From Ranitomeya imitator (taxonomy: Eukaryota): a stretch of DNA of 64,000 bases. A program made the position numbers and the translations under genes. Below are positions 46,471 to 60,560 of the stretch, piece after piece; positions within the stretch are counted from its first letter, which is position 1; the number at the start of each line of letters is the position of its first letter. The stretch is from NCBI RefSeq assembly GCF_032444005.1, contig NC_091291.1, forward strand, positions 32,240,001 to 32,304,000. Direction: 5' to 3'. A model generated the notes under the pieces. That model had not been told where the DNA came from. It searched no databases and saw nothing but the letters and a program-made list of their open reading frames with translations.

Positions 46471-48309
46471 TTTTTTTTTTTTTTTTCATTTTTCTCCGAA
46501 GCAGATTAGTGAATTATTACCGAGATGTTAAATAAATCTTCCCTATCCTGAAACGAATGACTGCGCTAATCCACAAGGACCATTGTGTCCAACCGGACAT
46601 ATGTGATGGTTTATGTATCTCTATGGAAAAAAAAAAAAGACAGAGTAATTGCTTTCTTTTTGCAATATTATATTTGGACACTTTTTTTTCTTTTTTTATA
46701 CTTTTTTAGAATTCCTAGAAATTCTTAATCATTCTTTGCTTTAGACCTTGGTACCCTCATCCTTTACAAATCTTGGGAAAAAAACAACTATAACCTGTTC
46801 TAAAGAACTAAACCGAAGATGTAAGAGATAATTATGGTACTCTGCTGCACCCCACCGGTGCCCCGGCGTAGGTTCTGATTATAGGTAGAGGGGGCAAATG
46901 CTTTTTGGGTCCTTCACAGCCCTCCAATGACAAGTTTTTCATTCTTGGTTTAAAAAATGAGCTGAGCACTGATTTTCAGTGTTAGACAGTGTATGGCGGT
47001 GTTATTCGAGCACTGTATGGCACTGTTATTTATGTATCATATAAACTTCAGCATTCTAGTGGTCACTGATGCTTTAACCCATGGTTTATCAAAACTTCCA
47101 AAAAGTATATGCATGAATTAAAGTAATAATTTTTTAAATTTGGTTTAATTAAAATCTTTGCACTGTTTGGTTCTGTGCGGAGTCTGGCTGTGTCTGACAC
47201 CCAATTTCCTGCTCCCACAGCTGTACGATCTAACTCTGTATTGACATTTCAGAACTTCAGTGCAGAGTAAAGTGTGGACCGTCCAGCTTCATCTGCCATG
47301 TTGTTTCGGCTTGAAAAAGGTCCGCTTGCTGGCTAAAACGCTTTTTTGATGTATTTTGGCTGAATAAAAGAATAGAATCATTTGTCTGGTGCCTTGGAAA
47401 TAATTGATTCTAGTTTAAAGGGGTTGTCCACCTTTCAGTTACGTTTTTAATTTTGTGCTTAAATGCATTTATTTGGGCCTAAAAATCATTTTTGCTGTTT
47501 GGTTTCATTAAAATGTTGCACTGTTTGGTTCAGTGGGGAGTCTGGCTGTATCTGACACCCAGTTTCCTGCTTTCACAGCTGCACAATCTAATGTAATGTC
47601 AATTCACGGGAAAGTGTGGACCACTCACACGACTATATCTATAAGCAGTCCAGAAATAGTTTAAGGGGATGTCCACTTTTGGGGATTTTGTCTTCTTTTT
47701 TTGCAATTTGGGTTAATTTAAAATATTTCACCATTTGTCTTATACAGGCTCTTTGTTACCCTGCACATTAAACTTTGATGTGGTCAAATTACCTAAGAGC
47801 AGCTAAAGCAAATGACAGCTAAGAGCTATAAATTATCCCATTGGGTCGTCAGAATGAGCTCACTGACTGATTTTCAGTTAACTCATTCTGCAGCCAGCAA
47901 AAGGCCCTGCAACACAGAAGATACAGAAGGCAAAAAGTGCAACACTTTTAATTAAATACAATTATAAAAATGTTTGTGAACTTTATCATTACATCATCCA
48001 ATGGAGTCGCCTGGAGGCCAGGAGGAGTCCCCAGGCCTCATATGGCTCACTCCAAATATCTTTTAGTTATATTACTGCCTTTCAAGGTTGAGGAAATGAG
48101 TATTACTTGGTATTACATAATGGGTGTTATATTCCCTGCGCAGCCTTGGTCCTAGCTGTATCCTCAGGTACTGGGTGTTCTGTGTGGGAGGCTGTAACCA
48201 GAGAACCTGTTTCAGCTGATAAATGTGTTAAGACCTTAGATATCCACCTTGGGCTAAAATGGAACCGGGGACCCAACGTGTACTTACTGGTTTTCTAATG
48301 ATAAAGGGA

Positions 48310-49640
48310 TAAAGGGAGCTGTGACATCACCTATTGCGAATGGTGGATCCTGTGTTATCCACTGTATATAGAGATGTTATCAGTCATTGTACAGGAGGAG
48401 GAGGTGAGCTGTGACAACACTTATTGTGAATGGTGGATCCTGTGTTATGTACTGTATATAGAGGTGTTATCAGTCATTGTACAGGAGGAGGAGGTGAGCT
48501 GTGACATCACCTATTGCGAATGGTGGATCCTGTGTTATCCACTGTATATAGAGATGTTATCAGTCATTGTACAGGAGGAGGAGGTGAGCTGTGACATCAC
48601 CTATTGTGAATGGTGGATCCTGTGTTATCTACTGTATATAGAGGTGTTATCAGTCATTGTACAGGAGGAGGTGAGCTGTGATATCATCTATTGTGAATGG
48701 TGGATCATGTGTTATCTGCTGTATATAGAGGTGTTATCAGACATTGTACAGGAGGAGGAGGTGAGCTGTGACATCACCTATTGTGAATGGTGGATCCTAT
48801 GTTATCTACTGTACATAGAGGTGTTATCAGTCATTGTACAGGAGGAGGAGGTGAGCTGTGACATCACCTATTGTGAATGGTGGATCCTGTGTTATCCACT
48901 GTATATAGAGGTGTTATCAGTCATTGTACAGGAGGTGAGCTGTGATATCATCTATTGTGAATGGTGGATCATGTGTTATCTGCTGTATATAGAGGTGTTA
49001 TCAGACATTGTACAGGAGGAGGAGGTGAGCTGTGACATCACCTATTGTGAATGGTGGATCCTATGTTATCTACTGTACATAGAGGTGTTATCAGTCATTG
49101 TACAGGAGGAGGAGGTGAGCTGTGACATCACCTATTGGGAATGGTGGATCCTGTGTTATCCACTGTATATAGAGGTGTTATCAGTTATTGTACAGGAGGG
49201 GGAGGAGGTGAGCTGTGACATCACCTGAATGGTGGATCCCGTGTTATCTACTGTATATAGAGGTGTTATCAGTCATTGTACAGGAGGAGGAGGTGAGCTG
49301 TGACATCACCTATTGTGAATGGTGGATCGGATCCTGTGTTATGTACTGTATATAGAGGTGTTATCAGTCATTGTACAGGAGGAGGAGGTGAGCTGTGACA
49401 TCACCTATTGTGAATGGTGGATCCTATGTTATCTACTGTATATAGAGGTGTTATCAGTCATTGTACAGGAGGAGGAGGTGAGCTGTGACATCACCTATTG
49501 TGAATGGTGGAGCCTATGTTATGTACTGTATATAGAGGTGTTATCAATCATTTTACAGGAGGAGGAGGTGAGCTGTGACATCACCTATTGTGAATGGTGG
49601 ATCCTGTGTTATCTACTTTATATAGAGGTGTTATCAGTTA
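48310..49640. repeat. 90-bp minisatellite (about 15 units)
   Basis: Unit GAGCTGTGACATCACCTATTGTGAATGGTGGATCCTGTGTTATCTACTGTATATAGAGGTGTTATCAGTCATTGTACAGGAGGAGGAGGT, with GAG-number variation. Confidence 0.95.
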
Positions 49641-50132
49641 TAGTATAAGTCTAACATTTAGCCTAGTAGCCAGGGTGAAAATTGCAAGATTTTGTAATGC
49701 AGATCGTGGTATTGAAAACTGAAAAGACATGATCAAAAATTTTAAAAGATACATTTGACATATAAATCTTATTTACACAATAGGTTTGCAGCCCCTTCAA
49801 TATTTATATGTGTGGCTTGTCCAGAGGTACAGTATATCAAGGTTTTCCAGCACCCGCGGAAGTTTGGCTCCCCACCCAATCACATATGCGATTTGCACGC
49901 TTACAGTCACATGCTGATGAGCTGCTCTTCCTAATTCTCTCAATGTTCAGTGAAAAACTGAGATAAGTAGGAAGAGAAGCTCGTTTTTACGTGACCGTAA
50001 GTATGAAAATCACATATGAGTGGAGCGACCATATGATGACTGCCTGCTGGAATCTGCTAGCAGAGCTGAATCCTGACATTGAGGACATTACACACTGCTA
50101 GGATTGGCTACATGGCTTCATTTTATAATTAA

Positions 50133-51650
50133 AGGGCTTGTTCAGGGTTGAGATAAAAGTCTGCAGTCAGTCTGTGACTGCGGGTTTCTGAATTCTGACA
50201 GTTCGCACTGCTGTAAGGATTCTTTGGTGCTGGCAGTGAGAGTGGATGGTCATTTCAGTACAAGTATGAGATTTATATACTTCTGGTGACATTCCTGCAG
50301 CGCTCCAGAGTCCTGGTCGTTGCAGTAATGTTATTCTTCCACCAGGGGGAGTGATGTTACGTCTGAAAGCAATGAAGGAGATCTTCTGTCCAGGTATCAC
50401 AACCACAATACACACTTCACACTCCAGGTCGCCAGGGGGAGCCATGCTTCTATCTATTAGGGCACTCCTCACAATTAGGTAAAACTGGGAGTCTTGGCAG
50501 AACGTAAGGAGGAGGAGAAGAGAGCAGACTGAAGGTCTGTGGGAGAACGAGGGTTCACGGAGCTGCACCTTCCCCACGTGCGGCAGCATCCAAAGAAAGA
50601 GACATTGAAAGGAATTGTGTTGCAGTGAGTGAGAAACGAAGTCATAGCAAAAGGAGAGAAACATCAGGGGGTGACCATCTAGGAGCAGGCTGCCTCCTTC
50701 TAAAGCGCAGTACCGGTAGCCAGAACACCGAGGGAGTAAGGAACTCTATGCTTTACTTCAGAGACTGGCAGGAGAGTTGATTCCACGTTGGCTGCCCGAC
50801 CATATACCCAGGAGGCACGGAGGCAACTTGTGGGGGCTGGGGCGTCTCTAGGGTCCCTGTAAAAAGCCTCAGGCCATCAGTCATACGGGTTTGTCCTATC
50901 CGTCAGGGGGACAGAGAGAGAGAGAGAGACTTAACACCGACGATAGATTTGAGGACCTCACTGAGGAGCTCAGCAGGGAGGTATTACAACACTTAGGCGC
51001 TAGAGGAAGGCTATTGAATTCCACCTGGATAGGGGGACTCTGGATTTACCTTCAGACCGGCCGGACTCTGCCTACCCTGTGGTCCCTACCCTGGACTGTG
51101 GATGCTGAAGCCCCCAGTAAAGGTAAAGAGACTGCAACCTTTTGTCCTCATTATTCACTGCGCCTCACACCATCCACCATTTACACTCTGGGAAGCCCTG
51201 GGAATACACTTCACCTGTGGGAAGGCATACCATCTAGCTGCCATAACATCACCCCAGCGGACCCCTAAGCAGCGTCGGTCACCCTGACCGAATACCACAG
51301 GTGGCGTCACGAAAACTTTCATATAAACTTTTGTCCTTTTATTGCACGCCCCTCAAAGGGCCACGGACTGGGTCAGGTCACCGTGACATCCCTACTGAGA
51401 ACAGAAGGGTCCGGCTCCGAGTACCCCATTGCCCTGTCGTGGGGGCGCTCCATTCCAACTAGATGTGTTTGGCCTCGCTCAATTAATTTTGATTGAGTGA
51501 GGCAATGCATGCCTAGTCAGCACGTGACCGCATGTATGCAAATCGCCAGCACTAGAGAATCCTGACAGCGTGCAGTGCGCACTGTGAGAATTTAGATGTC
51601 TGCAGTCGCATAGAATGAATGCAGATTCATCACAAACTTGTACAACCCCT
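50133..51650. mobile_element. T2/Kolobok-type MITE interrupted by a solo LTR
   Basis: TTAA|AGGGCTTGT start and ACAACCCCT|TTAA end. Confidence 0.7.
50296..51452 (+). mobile_element. Solo LTR (Gypsy-like), same family as 3295-4567
   Basis: Starts TGCAGCGCTCCAG and ends GGGGCGCTCCA; 4-bp TSD TTCC at 50292-50295 and 51453-51456. Confidence 0.85.
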
Positions 51651-54642
51651 TTAATACTCATAGTATAAATAAAAACATAGCAATCCTTAATTTGTAAGAT
51701 GGCACAATACTTTATTAACTTAGCCATATATCACATAATCTTACAAATTATGGATTGTTACATGTGTACTGAATCAGAAACAATAACACAAGAATACATC
51801 ACCAGACACACCATAAGTACAGAAATTAATCATCAGAACCACCAGCAGTAATACATCCATATAACCCTCATCAGTAGAGCAACACAGCATCAAAACCCTC
51901 ATTAGTATAGGAATACATCACAAGAACCACCATCAGTACAGGAATACATCACCAGGTCCACCATCAGTACATTAATACATCACTTGGGCCACACCATCTG
52001 TACATGGTACATCAATTGTAATGTCAGGTCAGACCCATATACGTTTGTATGGCATGGACCTACAACTGCTAGTACGTCCTTAACAACGGTAAGGAGATAC
52101 TGGGAGTTGTTGCTAACAGCCATGTTCAGGCTGCGGACTATACAAAAACCACAGTACTCATGAGAATTATTCAGTATCACAAAAAAAATCTACATCCAGG
52201 TACCTGATAGATGACATTGTCTATGGAGTTGTTCAATTTCTTTTTTTTCATCTTGTCCAGGTACCATAATGACTTCTCACAGCCACAGCTCGTCTCTGCA
52301 GGCTTCCATCTTCTCCGGTCTTCTGGAACACATCTCCAGACGATGCCCTTAAAAATAGCAGTGTCATTATAATGCTCCTGAATAAAAATATCTACCCTAC
52401 GCTGAGCCCCTGAATAAATAATTGCCTTTCACTATATTCCATGCATCAAATATGACCCCCAAACTGTCCCCCTTATCCTCCACACTGCCGCCTTCTTTCC
52501 ATACTGGTCCCTTTCTTCACCCTGTCCTCTCACACTGTGTACCCCTATAGGGCCAAGTCTTTATGCTGTGCCCCCTCATCACACTGCCCCTCCTTGCTAT
52601 ACTGTCACCTCCTGGCTGTGCCCTTACACTGTTCCCCATGCTACCTCCACCCCCACACACACTACTCAGTCGCTATTTTGTGCCTACTCACACTTTTCTC
52701 CCCCAATACTGTATCCTCACACTATTCCCTTCAATAGTCTCCTCACAAATTTACCCCTCCATCCTCATAGTGTATCCTCTCACAAACCCCCTGCTAAACA
52801 TGCTGTCTCCTCACCTACTTAACTCCTTACTCTCCATACTGCCTCCTCACATATCCCCCGACTCCCCTTATTGTGTGTGCACCCATCTTCCCTGACTCCC
52901 CATACTGTCTGCACCCAACTCATCACCCTCGCTCCCTATGTGTCCCTTCGCCTCGCTCCTCATACTGTGTCCTCACCCATCCCTTCACTCACCATACTGT
53001 CTGCACCCATCCCCTACCTTGCTTCCTATTCTGTGTCTGCATACATTTCCCCCTCGCTCATTACACTGCATCCGCACCCATCCCTCCAGTCACCATACTG
53101 TTTTCCCCTATGCCCCCCTGTTGCCTCATACATGCTCCTCATCTCAACCATTGCTCATCATACTTTGTCCTCAAATTTGTCCCGCTTGCCCCTCACTCTC
53201 CCAAATTATGTCAGCACCCATCCCTTCCTTGTTCCCCAAACTGTCCTCAAATCTTATTCTCCCCCGAAACTGTGTCTTCAAATAATATTCCCTCCTGGTC
53301 CTTATAATGTCCCTCATAATGTCCTCAAATCTCTTCCCCTCCGCTTCCCATATACCCCCATCTACTCCTTGCTCCTCATATTGTGTCCTCAAATTTCTCC
53401 CACTGTGACTCCCCATATTGTATCCCCATTCATCCCTCTCTAACCCCCCAATCTCTCCCATTAATAAATTGTTGGTGTGTTTTCAGCTCCATTAGAGGCT
53501 GGAGCACTTATCACCAACGTTGTGTCGTCTGCGCCTCTGCAGTGCCGATGAGTGACGGTCAGGGCTTCAATCATACTCGCGTCTCACTGGGATCTGACGT
53601 GTAGCACCCCAGTACAAATCCTAGTGGGCAGCAAAATCCAGCTGCCGGGGACGGCTGCATCAGGAGGCCTGACGGCGCACCCTTGCCGGCTGCAGCTGGG
53701 GCAGATGCCCCTCCGGTCCCCCCTGGATACTGATCATAATTATTCTGCACAGGTCTGCATTAGTCTTTCATGATTTGTCATTTATGCAGTTGGAAAATAT
53801 ATATTTTTGAGCATTTCGAGCAGCTTGCCCCTTTGTGTTTCAGTGATCAGCGATACATGAGAAGAGCAAAGGTAAACTACATTTCCAGGAAGAATAACAG
53901 AGGAAAAGCTTTCAGTGTTGGCACATGACTCACAGAGCGAGGCTGGCTGCTCGTTTCAATAGTTGAGCCAGCCCACTTCTCTGTCTCTGTATCTAAAAAA
54001 AAGGTGGTGGCTTAGCTATTGAAATGAGCCAAGATACAGAAAGAGGGGAAGGAAGCTTTTTATTCTATGTGAAAAGAGTTGTAAAGAGACAAATAAACTA
54101 AGACATCAAGGCACACTTGTAAAAGAAAGTATATTAGTAATCCCTTTTGAATATCAATGAGACATATTTTTATTTTGCTGGACATCCCCTTTAAGTGAAG
54201 GGTCTGATGAAATTAACAACATGGAGAGAAAGCACTAAGAGCTGTTTCCATGATAAAGCTACAAAGTGTTCAACCTGAAAGGGGTATTCTCAGAATCCAA
54301 AACGATCACCTGTTCTCAGGGTACATGATAACTTTTTCATTACCGGGGGTCTGACTCACCCCCGTCGATCCTGCAGAGTCCCGTCTTGAATAGAGTGGAG
54401 GAGCACTTGCTCGGACTCGGCTCCATTCATTGTCTATGGAACTGGTGGAGGTCAGGACGTTAGACAATGAATGCATCGGAGTTTGAGCATCTGCCATTCC
54501 AGAAAGGAATCTACAGAGCTCCGATCTCGGGATCACTGGAGGTTCCAGTAATGATCAGTAAATATTCCACAATCCCATCAATAAGGGGATAACTTTGAAT
54601 TCTGGGAATAACCCTTTAAAATATATCACAGGTCATTAATTG

Positions 54643-57600
54643 TCACACCGCAACTGGCCTCTCACTACCATATGTCTCGTATTCTGTTTCATACATCTTG
54701 GGAACAGCCATGATCTCTGGCAATGGTCCCTGTCTTGGTTTGGTCCAGGGGCATTCTAGGGGGAAGTAGACATCTTGTGACCTCTTGACGTCCAGTGGCC
54801 ACTGGTAGCTTTCCTGTGCCAAGGACTTTAGGCCTGTGTGTGGGACTGATTGTGCACGTGGTGGTATCCGTGGCAGTTTAGTGGCAATGGGAAACTGAAG
54901 GGTGTCCCGCATTGGAGGTGGTCGTCGAAGCATTGGTTGACTCTCCTTCGGTAGAGGGTTTTCTTTCAGACCATGTCCCCAGGCTTTCGGGTAATCCTCC
55001 GCCTGCCAGTAAGTCAGAATATCTTTTTTCGGATAGCCTTCAAGTTCTTTCCTGGTTTGGAAAAATAGAAGACCATAAAAAACAATACAACTTAACAAAA
55101 ATAATGGTTGTCATTGGGACTAACGTAAAGGGCATTGGAGCTGATCACTTCCTACACAGTCTTCTAATTCGTACATCTCAGCCCTTTTTACTTAAGACTC
55201 CCTCCAGGATATAACCAATGGAGTTCGGAGGCTGTAGACAACAGCTGAGCTACGATGCATCCGTAACCCCCAACCAAAATGAATGGGAGGTCTGGACCTT
55301 CAGTGGTCTATTCTCCGGTGGTCAGAGCCTTGACAGAGCCATACCTAAAAGGCAGAGATGGGAATAAACCTATAACCAAAAACCAGGCCCTTAGCGATGC
55401 TTTGGGGTCTAACGGGGGTATATTGGGTGGAGAGAAAGTTGTTACAACATGGTTCCTTTGGGGCTCTCTGCCACTTAAAGAAGATGCATCAAGTTTGGAA
55501 GTTATCCCCTATCTGTGTCCAAACTCTGGGAACCGGACCTGCACTGATTCCAAGAACCGGTGGTCTGAAAAGCCCCTTTGTGAATGGAGTGGTGGTCGCT
55601 CATGTACAACTTCGCTCACTACATTCTTAATGGGAGTGCAGAAGATCAGCCGATATTTGCATTAGGGCCCTGGAGATTTATGTTACATTTTCGGGGGACC
55701 TACATCAACCTGGTCAACAAGAACGAGCCGAGATGTACGATCATCTCCACGCTTGTCCATAGCTGTGAAACTGATTGACGGCATATCGCTAGCGCATGCC
55801 CATTATGGCATGCGTTGGTGATGCACCCGATAATAGGGGTTAATGGCAGCGTTAACGGACTGCCGTAAAGCAGTGTGACCCCAGCCTAAGGGTGACGTTG
55901 TTTCTGGGAAATAATTTCCACCTTTTTCTTTAATATCAGATAACTTCTATCTCGCTTGTGGTTGTTGGACTTACGCTGTAAACGCACGGAAGTCCCGAGC
56001 TGTAGTGGATGCATATATGTCGTTCAAGCTCAAGACCCCCTTGTCTCTTACGTAGAACGGTTCTCCAGATACAGCCTTGTTTTCTGTCGTTGCCACTATC
56101 GCCTAAATTGCAACAGACTTTGTAAAGATATACTCCGGAAATTTCAAAATATTTCATAAATAGCTGATGAAAATATGGAGCAATCATAGATCGGTGTCAA
56201 TTGCTGCTCGTCCTTTTTCATTTTAAAGGACATCTGACAGCACAAAATGACTTTTCAAACCTAGCGCGGAAGCTTAGTGCACCCTTGGTGGGGATGAGCA
56301 GCTCAGTGCACCCTTGGTGGGGGTGAGCAGCTCAGTGCACCCTTGGTGGGGATGAGCAGCTCAGTGCACTCTTGGTGGGGATGAGCTGCTCAGTGCACCC
56401 TTGGTGGGGATGAGCAGCTCAGTGCACCCTTGGCGGGGGTGAGCAGCTTAGTGCACCCTTGGTGGGGATGAGCAGCTCAGTGCACCCTTGGTGGGGGTGA
56501 GCAGCTCAGTGCACCCTTGGTGAGGACGAGCAGCTTAGTGCACCCTTGGTGGGGATGAGCAGCTCAGTGCACCCTTGGTGGGGATGAGCAGCTCAGTGCA
56601 CCCTTGGTGGGGATGAGCAGCTCAGTGCACCCTTGGTGGGGATGAGCAGCTCAGTGCACCCTTGGTGGGGGTGAGCAGCTTAGTGCACCCTTGGTGGGGA
56701 TGAGCAGCTCAGTGCACCCTTGGTGAGGATCAGCAGCTTAGTGCACCCTTGGTGGGGATGAGCAGCTCAGTGCACCCTTGGTAGGGATGAGCAGCTCAGT
56801 GCACCCTTGGTGGGGATGAGCAGCTCAGTGCACCCTTGGTGGGGGTGAGCAGCTTAGTGCACCCTTGGTGGGGATGAGCAGCTCAGTGCACCCTTGGTGG
56901 GGATGAGCAGCTCAGTGCACCCTTGGTGGGGGTGAGCAGCTCAGTGCACCCTTGGTGAGGACGAGCAGCTTAGTGCACCCTTGGTGGGGATGAGCAGCTC
57001 AGTGCACCCTTGGTGGGGGTGAGCAGCTCAGTGCACCCTTGGTGGGGATGAGCAGCTCAGTGCACCTTCTCACCTACTTGTTTTCTATTTATCTCTGACC
57101 TTTGGCAACGCTGACTATACAATAAACCAAGAAAGGGAGGACAGAGAGGGAAAATATGTACAATGGAAGGTGCACTGAACTACTCGGCCACACCAAGGGT
57201 TCACCGAGAGCTTGTGCTTGGTTTGAACAGTCATGTTGTGCTGATAGACTGCGTTTGTTGATGGATACAATTAACAGAAGCCACAAAGCCCAATGTCAAC
57301 AACGACAAACCTGTGACGGTCCTCTATTTATGTGATTTTCCAGAGAGAAGGGTTGAGGTCCTGCATGGAAATTAGTGATGGAGGGGTGAGCTGGACGCCC
57401 CTTGAATTCTGCTTTCATCTCACTGCTTTGGTGTTTTGGATCCAGTGGAGTCCTCCATGGTCTTAGTTTCAACTGCAAAGTTAATGTTAATGAAAATATT
57501 TAGACCACATATGTTTACCTCCTAGAGTCAAATTCATAGATCCAAACTATGTCAGGGTTGTATGAGATTAGAAACAAAAAATGATCTACTGTTTTCCAGA

Positions 57601-59155
57601 AGCAGCGCCACACTTGCCCAAAGGCTGTGTCTGGTATTGCTGGTCTGCCACATACATTTGCAGAGAGCGGCGTTACAGTACCACATTCAGTCTATAAGAA
57701 ATACAACACTTTTCTTGACTCGTACAAACCTTCTGATCTGAGACTATATAGTTTGCATAAGCAAAAATCAAAAACTTGGTGAAATGGCCTTTCTCACCTT
57801 ATCCCAAAAATCTTTATTATAATGAACCTTCCAATGAGGTGCGGGGATGGGGTGACTGGGCTGAGACAGGACGCCCCCGCAATATTTCCGGTTGTGAGTG
57901 CTTCCAGTGGTCGTCTCGAATGTATTGATCAGCTCATCATAGGCGGTGGCTTCGCTTAGTTCCCGCAGTGTTGCTGGAAGAGTCTCAGAGATGGTGGACT
58001 GGAAAAAGAGGCAAAAAATGGCAGCCATCATGAAATGTATTGCAATCTATCATTGAGTGTAAGGCGAAAAAAAAAAAAAATCAGTGACCCAGTCCCTTAT
58101 AGGAATCCTGCTAGACAATCGAAAGAATTGCAATTTTTTATGGCTGTGGTTGGACACTCCAAACTTATAGGACCACTGATATACTTATAGGCCGCGTATG
58201 ATATAGTATTTGCGTGCAAATTTTCAGACAAGAATGGTACATCACATTTTGTGTCCTACATTTAGCACGGGAAATCTCTAGACGTGCACATATGGCTCTA
58301 ATGCCAGATGGAGGTCAAAAGGGCTCAAATGCTAGTTGGACGCCAACAGGTATGGACCCATGTACTAGACGGCGCCATTCCATCCTGCAGAATCCATGAA
58401 AAATAACACAGATCTGCTTTTTAACATGGAAGTCTATGCGTGATGAATACGTTATGGGCTTTCCGTTATGGATCCGAAAAAGGGATGCCATTTAGTCTAT
58501 GGGTGACGGATCCGTTAAATTTATTTGAAGAGTAAGTAAACTTTATTTTTTTTTTCAATTTTGGCCAGCATGAAAAGTTATGAAACTTTGCCCATTACTT
58601 TATTAAGGGATTATGTTGATTCATGTAAAAAATGCATGCAAGTGTCTTGCTAACCCCTGCTTTTTCCCAGTCTATTTTCCTTCCTTTAGCCGCATTGTGA
58701 AAGTACTGTTTTTGGAGTACAGATGATGGCAGTGATGAGCTGAGCTGCCCCATCAATACTATCATCTTTTTCTGATTGACTCACACTGATCATGTATAAT
58801 CTGATTATTTATAATCAGATTATAAATGATTGATGATGAAGTTGTTACATCTGTGGCCATTTTAGCAGACGTGTCACATCCTTACAACGAGCTACACATC
58901 AACCTTTATATATCCCCGACCCGGCTCATCCACCGCCTCTCACATTACCTTGATATGTGCAGGTGGGAACGACACCGGAGATATGAAGTCATGGCCAACG
59001 CCAGTGCTAGTGAGATGCCAGTCCTGCCTCCGCTCTACCCCCATTATTAGAAAAACATCCAAACTCCAAGAATGGAGCAATAGGTGAGCGTGTGCAGCCG
59101 GGAGAGGTCCAGAATAGAGGCTGAAGCTGCGGAATGTTGTGTTTCCTGTCGTCAT
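54643..59155 (-). CDS. SAXO3: Stabilizer of axonemal microtubules 3-like (microtubule inner protein), about 331-368 aa
   Basis: Phase-compatible GT-AG exons 59155(or 59044)-58949, 57998-57798, 57472-57311, 56102-55975 and 55051-54643. Peptides [65 protein letters not shown] and VPKMYETEYETYGS resemble human SAXO3 as I recall it, and the position next to LHB agrees. Start codon uncertain. Confidence 0.82.
56275..57065. repeat. 29-bp minisatellite (about 27 units) in a SAXO3 intron
   Basis: Unit CAGTGCACCCTTGGTGGGGATGAGCAGCT. Confidence 0.96.
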
Positions 59156-60560
59156 GGAGATAGAACACTCCTCATCTACATGACAATGCGCAGTCAGGGA
59201 CACATAACCCAACAGTGAGACCTGTAACCTTCCACTCATCGGTATTGTAGAGACACAAATGGTGACCATAGTCATTAATAATAATGAAACCCACATGTGA
59301 ACCCCTGTATTAGGTCTCGCAACTCCTGAATAGTAAATTTCCATAATGCAATTGTCTGTGGAGGATCAATAACATCATAATGTATATGAAAAACAAGATT
59401 ATGAAGAATCCTCAATGTACGCAAGACCCTACATTTAATGCATACTTGCTCATTTTAGAAAAATAAATGACTATTTCAAAAACTGAATTTTTTTTTTTTT
59501 TTGCAAGCACACCGCTAAATCAAATACTGATCCTAGAACAGATCCATTAAAATTACAGCCCTCTAGACCAGTCCCCTTGTTTACAGACATCCAGGCCAGA
59601 ACCTTGAAAAGTCCCAGAATTCAGACTAGTCTACCTCCTATTTAAAGGGAACCTGTCACATGTAAAAACACTGCTACCTGCAGATATGAGGTTAATCTGC
59701 AAGTTAATAGCATTCTGAACCTGCACTTTGGGGAACGCTGCTGGGAGAAAATGAACTTTATTTTCCCCCGGCACCGTGCCACCGTGCCAGTTTGTCACGG
59801 GGGCGGCGCCGGTGCTCGTTCAGTTACTGCTCTGTGCATAGAGAGTGGCAGCTGTAACCGTGCCCCCGACAGAAAGAACTGATAATTTGGGGGGTCTACT
59901 AAGAGGTCTGGGATTTCCGCTTCATCCAACACAATAAGTCTTTTTCCCTATTTGCCAATGATTCCACTTAAAGGGATCATTTGACCTCTACTTTATATTT
60001 CAGCCAATATTTTTTTCGCACCACATGATCACTTCATCTCGCATCAACCCAAATGGCTAAAGGGACATTTCCAAAAACTATCAATAATCAATATTTACAA
60101 CTTTAACAAAGCCCCTGAAAATTTGGGGAGAGGTTTTTTTTTTATTATGGATTTTGTATTTGTGGATTAGTAAAAAAAACAACAACAAAAAAACACTAGG
60201 TGGCGCTATGTACCATATTTTTGTAGTTGAACCTCCCCCAATATCCAGTGACCCCCAAATATCATATGCATGCAATCAAATTAGGTATAACTGACTGTGT
60301 CTGATTCACCTCAATTGGCTTTTTATAAATGTATATTTAAACAAATTATAATTGTTAAAACAATATTAACACTTTCCAAACTTATCTGTACAGACAGAGC
60401 AGCTTCCCCCCCCCAAAAAAAAAAAAATCAAAATTGGATCCAAATTGATCATAGATCCCTGTATTGGCTCCGTACATGCTATGTATGAACTGGCCTTAGG
60501 GTGTTAGTTATGGTGATGAATCGTGGAGTAATGGGAATTAGATATATTTTTATTTTCTTA

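Noticed and set aside
48374-49648. 284-aa ORF of VSCDITYCEWWILCYLLYIEVLSVIVQEEE repeats
   Set aside because: 90-bp minisatellite; frame breaks near 49225, no splice context, implausible composition.
52440-53460. Several overlapping 70-190 aa Pro/Leu/Ser-rich ORFs
   Set aside because: Low-complexity pyrimidine-rich degenerate repeat with few stop codons by composition.
55200-55800. Coding-looking segment with three overlapping + strand ORFs in the last SAXO3 intron
   Set aside because: No motif recognised and no consistent frame or splice signals; probably a decayed TE. A blastx/Dfam search would settle it.
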